Made by a program: the position numbers and the translations under genes | IMG/VR virus record: IMGVR_UViG_3300050343_000270 | Span: 1 to 64,000 of that record | Length of the DNA: 64,000 nucleotides | DNA from: a virus | Direction: 5' to 3' (one strand) | In this document: piece by piece, positions 31,803-39,616 of the stretch | How positions within the stretch are numbered: position 1 is the first letter of the stretch | Layout of the letters: each line of letters begins with the position of its first letter | The notes under the pieces: generated by a model | Seen by the model: only the letters and a program-made list of their open reading frames with translations | The model's database searches: none | Told to the model about the DNA's origin: nothing

Positions 31803-32668
31803 CTAAAGATATTCTTTCACATATCCGCGAGCATCATCTAAATGCTCTGCATCATCAAGTTCGTTGAGAATTGCAAGCTTGATCTTCTCAACCATTTCAG
31901 GAAGGTCTGATTTGCTGAACTCTAAATGCTCCATACCCTCGCAATAGTCAAGGATAATGTTTTTAATCTTATTCTTTTCGTTCATATCTTATTATATTAG
32001 TGTTTCGCAAGCTGTCTTTTTCTCACTTGCTTGGATTCATTATAGTATAATTCTCAGAAAGCGCAAGGATTATTTCGCCCTTTTATCACTTTGTCAGTTC
32101 TCCCAAGGAAATTTAGTTACGCTCGCCTCACTCCACCCGTCGATAAGACCACGCGCCCACTCAGCTTCTTCTCGCGCTTCGTTCCTTTCGCGTTCAAGTC
32201 TTTCAACATCTTCAAGCTTTAACGACTTATCATTTTCTTTTTTAAGGCGGCGAATCTCTTGAATGAGCATATTCATTTCATCAATGAAGTCGTCAACTCC
32301 TGACATTTTGTCACCGTAAACATCGGTTACAGTTCCATCGTTGCAGTTGTATTCGTAGTTGTGGGCGGTGAATTCGTTTTTCATACCTAATTATATTAGT
32401 GTTTCAATTAGTCTACAACTTCCTCTGTCAATTCGGTGGTAACCACCTTAGTTAATTTGACGACTTCTACTTTTTCGTTAGGGATGATTACCTGAACTCC
32501 ATGACCTAAAACATAGGTATATTTGTCATTCTTGTATGGTGTTTTGGTCTTGTTAGTAATCTCTTCTCCAACATCGATTGTGCGTTCCACGCCATGCCAT
32601 TTGAACGTGTGTTGTTCGCGCATGCGGTGCATGTAGTTTGTGGTAGTTTTTCTGTTAGTGTTTTTCAT
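31803..32668 (-). other. Three small hypothetical genes (31803-31985, 32094-32384, 32408-32668)
   Basis: Co-oriented ORFs; a ~95-bp promoter/leader is duplicated at ~31997-32092 and ~32681-32777. Confidence 0.6.
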
Positions 32669-32722
32669 AGTAGTATTTTTTTAGTGTTTCGCAAGCTGTC
32701 TTTTTCTCACTTGCTTGGCTAT

Positions 32723-32889
32723 ATTATAGTATAATTTTCAGAAACCGCAAGGATTATTTCGCCCTTTTATCACTTTTTTTTGTGGAACAAAATGTTCCAC
32801 GGAGACTCTGTAACTCGTTCATTATCAACGACTTATGACGGTGCGGCGGGGGCATCGTTGTAACTCGTTCAGTATCAACGACTTATGAC
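32723..32889 (-). promoter_or_regulatory. Cassette copy 9: promoter + operator + double palindrome
   Basis: Operator 32782-32800; element 32810-32889; terminator-like hairpin 32915-32952. Confidence 0.85.
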
Positions 32890-32992
32890 GATTTTTCTGT
32901 TAGAGTTTTGAGCCAAAAAAGCCCCGCCTCCCACACTACTAGGAGACGAGGCTAACACTACTGCACTATGAAAGCTGTTAGATTGTTAGATG

Positions 32993-34324
32993 TTAGTTTT
33001 GCGCTATGCGTTTTATTTTAAGATCATGAAACCTTGAACCAAGAGCATTGCCACCTAACATATTTTTGCGGGATGTTAGAGTGAAAGAATACTCGCCTTG
33101 TCTAAGTAATGCTATGTCGATGTTAAGTCCCCAGTTTGTGCTTGGATGAGAATTGATTATGTTAGAATCTTCCTCTGTGAACTCTGCACCATCGGCGCGT
33201 GTTAGTTTTGTATTCGACGCGCTTTTGATTAAGATGTATTCGTTCGTTTGTATTTCTTCCGTGGTGATCATGGACGCGCAGACATAAGCCACGAGCGCCA
33301 AGACTAAAACGGAGAAGGTGATGGGAAGTATGTTAGAGATTATGTTTTTCATTTTAGTTGTTAGTATTTAGTTGTTAGGTGTTAGTAGAGAGATGATTCG
33401 ACTGCTTCATAACGGAATTCACCATCATCATTCATCTGGTCAAGCTCCTCGTCGGTAGCTTGCCGCCCGTCAACTCTCGCATCCATGATGAATGCGTCCA
33501 CAAAGTCGGGATAATCGCGATGATCAATTCCATCTATTTCCATATCATGGATTTGTGCGGTGTAAGCTCCACGCTCGGAGCAATTGAATTTGAACTCTGT
33601 TCCTGTTAGTGTGTTTGTCATAGTGTTAGTGTTGTTAGTGTTGTTAGGTTTAGTCGATGATTGCTGTCACTTGCTCTTCCGTAAACTCGATTTCTTTTCC
33701 ATCGGTATCAGTTCCAGAGAAACCTGTTAGGCGGCTTCCTTCTTCGACGGAAACTTGAATTCCGTTCACGATCACCATCATTCCCCTGAGAACGATACCA
33801 GCATCGATTGCGTCTTGCCATGCTTTCATTGTCATTTTTTTCATAGTGTTATTTTTTTAGTTGTTAGTTGTTAGGTAGTTCTAAATTTCTGTAAGCGTAT
33901 TCTGCTTTGACCGCTTCAAGTTGTTTTTTCAGTCTATCGGTATCATACTTGCGAGTTAAAAGGTCGCTTGTGGTATTTAAAAACCAAGTGCGCAAAACAC
34001 ACTCGGAGCTAAAGTGCAATTCTATTGCGAACGCGCTCGGCTTATTGGATTGAAATCCGTTTGCCTTGCATGGTGCTTCGTATCCTTCAGTCCAGTAATC
34101 TTTTGTAGTAGTGTTGTTCATGGCAGTATTTTAGTGTATTTTTCCGATAAGAGCAAGTTTTAATTTGCTGTTTTATTAACTTTTTTTAACTCGGTTACAG
34201 CGTCTTGTATTTGCTTTGTGCTTTTGTCAGAAGTGACTTTCATTGAAGCTATAACTTGATCAAAAGCGTTTACGTTTTCTTGCATCTTGAGGAGTGTTTC
34301 TTGGATTGTCTCTTGGTTGCTCAT
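32993..34324 (-). other. Five small early genes (32993-33352 membrane-anchored, 33382-33621, 33650-33844, 33864-34121, 34160-34324)
   Basis: Co-oriented ORFs; leaderless-type promoters at 34121 and 34324. Confidence 0.65.
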
Positions 34325-34437
34325 GTGGATATTATACCAGAAAACACGGAATTAAAAAGCTTTTTCTGCATCAAAAGTGCTTTTTTTTTAATGTTCCACG
34401 GAATTGTTCCACGGAGAATGTGAGCCAGATACCAAAA

Positions 34438-34482
34438 GATACCACCTAACAGATACCACCTAACAGATACCACCTAACAGAT
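34438..34482 (+). repeat. 14-bp tandem repeat (AGATACCACCTAAC)x3
   Basis: Seen directly; preceded by tandem TGTTCCACGGA and followed by G-tracts. Confidence 0.9.
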
Positions 34483-34709
34483 CCAGACCCACGGCGGGAA
34501 AGGGGGAGGGGTTTTTTGAAAGTTCCTGTTAGAGTTATTCTGTTAGAAATCGGCGGGGGGTGGTTTATACTAAAAATCCAAATCAGAACCATCCAAACAA
34601 AAAAAGCTAATTCAGCTTTATATAGCCCTCATTTAAAAAACCAGACTTAATGTATCCATTATTTTTCTACAATGGGGCGTGTTATTTTGTTGTGTTGTGT
34701 TGTGTTGTG

Positions 34710-35021
34710 TTATTTCTTAGAGAATGTTTTAAGAAGAGACTCGGTTTGTGTGTTGGAGAGGATTGTGGATTCTATGTTTGACAGTAGGTTTGTTCCATAC
34801 ATATTTGTTCCATAATTTTTCTTATAGCATTTGTATTTTGAGTTGCTATTTCCGTGGATTATGTAGTGGTCGTCCATATCTTCGACATTTTTTATACCTG
34901 AGTTTACTCTCCAGCTATCTCCGTCTAGATAACCGCCGCTCCAAACGGCGAAAACTTTATAAAGGTCGTTGTCGCAATCTATTACGAGCCATTTGTGTGG
35001 GATATATGTGTTGTTTGTCAT
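34710..35021 (-). CDS. Conserved phage hypothetical protein
   Basis: YKVFA.WSGGYLDGDSWR.NSGI motif. Confidence 0.75.
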   Translation of the reverse strand: MTNNTYIPHKWLVIDCDNDLYKVFAVWSGGYLDGDSWRVNSGIKNVEDMDDHYIIHGNSNSKYKCYKKNYGTNMYGTNLLSNIESTILSNTQTESLLKTFSKK

Positions 35022-35366
35022 TTTATTAGATTATTTTTGAGAAGATAAAGAATATGAGTAGCCAGAATACGAGTGGACCTAGTATCCAGATGAAGGTGGC
35101 TATATAAGGCGGCGCTTTATTAAAGAGTCTCGATTTGTTATGTGATTGTTTTAATTTCATAATATGATTATGCTAATATGTGTTGCCATGCCAGATGACC
35201 TTTGGTCGTGCGGGCTTTGATCCTTGTAGTGATATGACTTCTAGTTCTAGTCTATCAATGCGGCGCGACTGTTCATCAATCCATTTAGTCATCCCGCATA
35301 TTAAAATCCCAAATAACCCGATACAGCAAAGCGTGGCAACATAATCCCAATCTGTTTTTTTATTTT

Positions 35367-36215
35367 TCATTTTTGTTTATTGTTTTGTGTAAGTTTGCTG
35401 ATGTGGTGTCCGATGTGGTCACCTTTGTGGTCGCCGACTTGGTCGCCTTCGTGGTAGCCGATGTGGTCGCCGTCGTGGCGTCCGATATGGTCGCCCCAGT
35501 GGTAGCCGATGTGGTTGCCCCAGTGGCTACCTTCGTGGTCGCCGTAGTGGAGTCCTTCGTGGTCGCCGTGGTGGTTGCCGATGTGGTCGCCTTCATGGTC
35601 GCCTTTGTGTCTGCCTTTGTGGTCACCATCGTGGCTTCCAATGTGGTCGCCTTCGTGGTAGCCGATATGGTCGCCCCAGTGGTAGCCTTTGTGGTCTCCG
35701 TTGTTGTAGCCGATATGGTCGCCTACGTGGTCGCCGATGTGGTCGCCGTAGTGGAGTCCTTCGTGGTCGCCGTGGTGGTTGCCGTAGTGGTTACCCTCGT
35801 GTTTACCTTCGTGCTTGCCAATGTGGTTTCCGTAGTGGTCGCCCCAGTGGATGCCTTCGTGGATGCCGTAGTGGCTTCCTTTGTGTTTGCCGTAGTGGTC
35901 GCCGTAGTGGCTTCCTTTGTGGTCGCCGTGGTGGTTGCCGTAGTGGCTTCCTTTGTGGTCACCTTTGTGGTCACCTTTGTGGTTGCCTCCGTGGTCGCCG
36001 TCGTGGTCCCAGTGGTTTCCGTAGTGGTTTCCGACATGGTCGCCGTAGTGGCATCCGTAGTGGTCGCCGTAGTGGAGTCCTTCGCGGTTGCCGTAGTGGT
36101 TGCCTATGTGGTTGCCTATCAGGTCAGTTTTCAACTTTGTTAAGACTAGCTTTCCGTCTTCGTCATATCCAAACGACGCAACCTCTGATATTTCTTTTAG
36201 TGTTGGTTCTTTCAT
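35367..36215 (-). CDS. His/Gly-rich tetrapeptide (G-x-H-x) repeat protein
   Basis: About 60 consecutive 12-bp GxHx units between short unique termini. Confidence 0.8.
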   Translation of the reverse strand: MKEPTLKEISEVASFGYDEDGKLVLTKLKTDLIGNHIGNHYGNREGLHYGDHYGCHYGDHVGNHYGNHWDHDGDHGGNHKGDHKGDHKGSHYGNHHGDHKGSHYGDHYGKHKGSHYGIHEGIHWGDHYGNHIGKHEGKHEGNHYGNHHGDHEGLHYGDHIGDHVGDHIGYNNGDHKGYHWGDHIGYHEGDHIGSHDGDHKGRHKGDHEGDHIGNHHGDHEGLHYGDHEGSHWGNHIGYHWGDHIGRHDGDHIGYHEGDQVGDHKGDHIGHHISKLTQNNKQK

Positions 36216-36730
36216 TTTATTTTTAGTTGTTTTTAGTTTATTTTAGTTTATTTTAATTTTGCCTATTTTGGCTCTAACACTGCGAAGCTCTTTTTTTAGA
36301 ATGCCTATGATAACCCCCACCGAGGCATCCTCCATTTCTTTAACTAAGTCTTCATTATCGACCCAGACCCTTTTTTCCCCAAGGTAGGCAGGTGTAGTGG
36401 TGTAGAGGTGGATTCCGCGATTCTGAGATTTTTATGATTTGTCTAGATATCGAGTCACGGTAATCTCTTAAATCAATAAGAGATTCTATTTTTTAGTTGC
36501 CTTTTGTTTGCGAAGCTCTTTTGCCTATTTTTTTCATGTCTTCATTATCTTTTTTCCTTCCGCGGTGGACTAGATATCGAGCAAATCTCTATCAGAAAAT
36601 AGCAATCTAGTTTTTAGTATTGGTTAAATTATCGAACAAGCCGAAGCATTTCCTTGGTGGACGTGCAAACTATCAGAAAATAGCGTGAATGTCAATAATT
36701 ATTTTAATTCTTCTCATCTTGGCGCGATAG

Positions 36731-36952
36731 CTATGGTTTCTTTTGGTATTTCATTGAAGCCTCCCAGCAATCCTCAAGTTCTTTACTGAAACGTTCCTGC
36801 TCCTCCTCCGTAAATGGTTCTGGTCCGTCGTCCATATAACTGTTAGCCAAATCTGCGGCACAATTATCGCAAAGGCATTCATAGCCTGCGCCGAGGACGA
36901 AAGCACCACATCTGCGGCAGGTGTCTGGTTCTGAGATTGTGTCTTCGTTCAT
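36731..36952 (-). CDS. Small Zn-finger-like protein
   Basis: CRRC...CDNC. Confidence 0.6.
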   Translation of the reverse strand: MNEDTISEPDTCRRCGAFVLGAGYECLCDNCAADLANSYMDDGPEPFTEEEQERFSKELEDCWEASMKYQKKP

Positions 36953-37019
36953 GTTGTTTTTAGTTGGGCGGTTGAGCTATACGTTCTGCTTAAAATGAAT
37001 GCGGTAGTATTGGTAATAA

Positions 37020-37190
37020 TCATTTTATATATTTAAGGGATTTTTTAGCGTGGTGCATCATCGCCCCTATCTCTCCATTCCTGCACGCCCTACGCAACTC
37101 GCTCTCGTGGTATTCAATAAAAAACAACCGAACAAGGCATTGTATCCAACGCCATGCATCGTTGGAGGGTTTAATTAAAAGTTTTTTCAT
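37020..37190 (-). CDS. 56-aa cassette protein starting inside an attC loop (not in the ORF track)
   Basis: MKKLLIKPSNDAWRWIQCLVRLFF...; reads through the left arm. Confidence 0.55.
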   Translation of the reverse strand: MKKLLIKPSNDAWRWIQCLVRLFFIEYHESELRRACRNGEIGAMMHHAKKSLKYIK

Positions 37191-37203
37191 GGCGTGGATA
37201 AAT

Positions 37204-37410
37204 TTAGACGTTCTCCGAAGATGAAATAGCGTGTCGCCATGTCACATCGGTCAGACCATGATGGATTATTTCGAGCGGGTAGTCGCCAAGTGTGCCGAGA
37301 TTGGCGCGGAGCACTCCGCCCTTCCAGTAGACCGCGACCCACTCGGGCTTGTAATCGTTTTCCATGCATCGCAAGTAGTAGCCTCCCGTTTTTATGTCTT
37401 TAAGTTCCAT
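37204..37410 (-). CDS. Hypothetical cassette protein
   Basis: Ends ENV* inside an attC right arm. Confidence 0.6.
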   Translation of the reverse strand: MELKDIKTGGYYLRCMENDYKPEWVAVYWKGGVLRANLGTLGDYPLEIIHHGLTDVTWRHAISSSENV

Positions 37411-37487
37411 GTTGTTGATTATTTTAAGTCATTGATTGTTTTTAGTTGTGCCACCGTTTAGACGGGGCGGCTGTTCTTAGCGTTCGC

Positions 37488-37715
37488 CTAATCATTTCTA
37501 AATGCGCTCCACCGCTCTCCGTCATCTAGGTAGTCGTCCATCTGGCAGGACTTTAAGAACTCTCGGTCAATTACCAAGACATCCTCACGGTCGAGCCATA
37601 GAATGTAGGCGTTGTCTTCCTCTGCGATTCGCTCAAGGCTTTTGCCTTTGTGTTTCCCAAACTCAAGAACAAACTCGGGCGAACAAGGCGTTGAAATCAA
37701 TTTCGTTTCACTCAT
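37488..37715 (-). CDS. Cassette protein with FGKHKG (DUF3820-like) motif
   Basis: LEFGKHKGKSL..I...D..YILWL; starts in an attC loop. Confidence 0.7.
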   Translation of the reverse strand: MSETKLISTPCSPEFVLEFGKHKGKSLERIAEEDNAYILWLDREDVLVIDREFLKSCQMDDYLDDGERWSAFRND

Positions 37716-37930
37716 GATTTAACTTGGTCGTTATCCAAGGAATATTTCACAGGTCCAGTCATGTCCCAAACGCTATCGAAGGGGTTGCCATCTGCCTCTT
37801 TCTCCCACCTCTCAAGCGTCTTCTTGGCTTTCGTCTCGCTACTGAATACGTGCGCCCCGTCGAGAGGGTCAAAGAGCACCCATAAGGCTCTGACCGCTTT
37901 TCGTGTTCTTATTTGTGTTTTTACGCTCAT
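37712..37930 (-). CDS. Hypothetical cassette protein
   Basis: Ends DNDQVKS* through an attC right arm; ATGA overlap with the next gene. Confidence 0.65.
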   Translation of the reverse strand: MSVKTQIRTRKAVRALWVLFDPLDGAHVFSSETKAKKTLERWEKEADGNPFDSVWDMTGPVKYSLDNDQVKS

Positions 37931-37968
37931 AATAAAAAATGGATAACAAGGCGATGCACGGGCAACGG

Positions 37969-38409
37969 CTACGCCGTGCCGTGATCTTGGTCGTTATCTC
38001 TATATGCATTTAAGGCTTCAATCACCCACGCCTCGAACTTGTCTTGAGCTTCACACGCTGAATCGTTGCTCATCGCTAGCCCTCCACCTCGCCCCGTCAG
38101 ATATCCCCACGCTCTCACGTCGAGCACGTTGGTATCTCCGCATTTGGTTCTGATGAATATCTTCCCCATGCTCCCGACACCGTAGAATTTACCATCAAAT
38201 TCACTAGGGAGAGAACAAGGCGAAACATCCGACAGCTTGCCGCTTGGTTTGGTTTCTGTGTTATCTTTTCCTGTGCCGTTGCATTTATGGCAGTCGGTTC
38301 TCCCTCCTCCACCAAAACCTTCAAGCTCGCCCAATCCATCGCAAAGGGAACAAGGCGAAGCATCCGACGGCTTGCCGCTTGGTTTGGTTTCTGTTTTATC
38401 TTTTTTCAT
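37969..38409 (-). CDS. Fused cassette protein with DnaJ-type CxxCxGxG zinc finger
   Basis: CSLCDGLG...CHKCNGTG; duplicated TETKPSGK.SD.SPCSL; ends DNDQDHGTA* at the attC apex. Confidence 0.65.
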   Translation of the reverse strand: MKKDKTETKPSGKPSDASPCSLCDGLGELEGFGGGGRTDCHKCNGTGKDNTETKPSGKLSDVSPCSLPSEFDGKFYGVGSMGKIFIRTKCGDTNVLDVRAWGYLTGRGGGLAMSNDSACEAQDKFEAWVIEALNAYRDNDQDHGTA

Positions 38410-38424
38410 GTCAATAATTTGTGT

Positions 38425-39132
38425 TTAACTTTCGCGGTTATCAACGGCTTCGCCGTGACATCGCTGATTGTTCGCTTCAAAACAATGGTTGAGATAGCCG
38501 ATTGCGAGACAAGCGGCATGTTCAGCCTGTTCCAGTGTGGTCTTGCTGGGGGCTTTCGTCCATATCGCCTCGTTAAGAGCCAATTTTAACTCAACCCAAT
38601 CGGGATCTTCGGAAAGCGAACAAGCCGAAGCATCCGACCCTTCACCGTTAATAGTTGTTTTTTCTTTTTCTTTGTGCATGTCAATAATTTGTTTTAACAT
38701 AGAATCCCTTGGATACCATCGGACTACATAATGCGCATGCACCATTGACCCGTCAGCGTTTCCTACCACCTTCTCGCAAATGCCGCGAAAAACTACGCGA
38801 CCATTAGAAAGCCGCCTCATCCTTCTCTTTCTAATCTTTCCGTCATAGTCCTCTGTCCATATTGGTTCTCCAAAAATAAGGCTAACAAGGCGCTTCATCC
38901 GACCGTTAACCGTTCCTGAGTTGGTTTCGTTTTCTTTTGTGTTCATAAGTTTTCTGGCATCTAAGCAAATATTGCAAATTGACCCGCAACATTCTTGTTT
39001 AACAATCACTTTAACGTGCCGTCCTGTCCCTGCCTCGGTCAACATTTCGTCGTTGATTGACTTGCATACATCACAGCTAACAAGCCGCTGGACATCAATG
39101 CCCACTTCAGCGGGCGTTTCTTGTGTTTTCAT
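38425..39132 (-). CDS. In-frame fusion of three cassette genes
   Basis: Three attC left-arm peptides (DVQRLVS, RMKRLVS, SDASACS), each preceded by its own ATG. Confidence 0.55.
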   Translation of the reverse strand: MKTQETPAEVGIDVQRLVSCDVCKSINDEMLTEAGTGRHVKVIVKQECCGSICNICLDARKLMNTKENETNSGTVNGRMKRLVSLIFGEPIWTEDYDGKIRKRRMRRLSNGRVVFRGICEKVVGNADGSMVHAHYVVRWYPRDSMLKQIIDMHKEKEKTTINGEGSDASACSLSEDPDWVELKLALNEAIWTKAPSKTTLEQAEHAACLAIGYLNHCFEANNQRCHGEAVDNRES

Positions 39133-39490
39133 GTTGTTTCTGTGTTGTTTCTGTGATTCCAAACGGTTCCATTGAAGTCATAAACCTTTCTAGCAGTTCG
39201 TCGGATCTCCATGCCACTGCGCACAAGTGGTAAACCGCCTCTTCCTTATCGCCTCTCATGTAAGCCTCCTCAAAATCGATGAGGTGTCGGCATATTTGGT
39301 TGCCATCGCCAATGCTGGCATCGACATCCCAAACCATACCCTCGTCCCCAGAATGTTTTAGGTTTGAGTTGTAAGAGTGGATGGATTTGGCGACATGTGC
39401 ATTGGGAAAGTATCTTGTGATATAGTGTAGTACGCGAGCTTTGTTTCTTTCGCTGTCTTCGCGTGGAAGAATTGTATTTTTTGACTGCAT
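39107..39490 (-). CDS. dATP/dGTP diphosphohydrolase-like protein (DUF5664)
   Basis: YFPNA...KH...W...ICRHL...HL.AVAWR pattern. Confidence 0.65.
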   Translation of the reverse strand: MQSKNTILPREDSERNKARVLHYITRYFPNAHVAKSIHSYNSNLKHSGDEGMVWDVDASIGDGNQICRHLIDFEEAYMRGDKEEAVYHLCAVAWRSDELLERFMTSMEPFGITETTQKQHENTRNAR

Positions 39491-39616
39491 GTGATATAAG
39501 ATAGCGCAAATTGATTCAAATGTCAACATGATTTATAAAAAAAAACAACAATAAATTAAAATACAAAAATTTGAATAAAAAATAGATTTTTAGGTGTAAT
39601 TATTTTAACATTTTTT

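Larger units (their letters stand above)
36631..39120 (+). mobile_element. Integron-like attC cassette array with no integrase in the window (CALIN-like); genes antisense
   Basis: Complete sites at 37127-37216, 37678-37736, 37941-37999 and (chimeric) 38345-38476; left arms at 36631, 38210, 38615, 38880, 39075; right arms at 36983, 37482. Confidence 0.82.

Noticed and set aside
22853-32889. Repeated elements as a CRISPR array
   Set aside because: The intervening sequences are 0.6-2 kb gene modules, not 25-45 bp spacers, and no cas genes are present.
24561-34415. Canonical parS sites
   Set aside because: Only half-sites occur; the full TGTTCCACGTGGAACA palindrome was not seen.
35373-36143. 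Val/Ala-rich plus-strand ORF and Thr-rich alternative-frame ORFs
   Set aside because: Shadow frames of the stop-free 12-bp repeat; neighbouring genes are on the minus strand.
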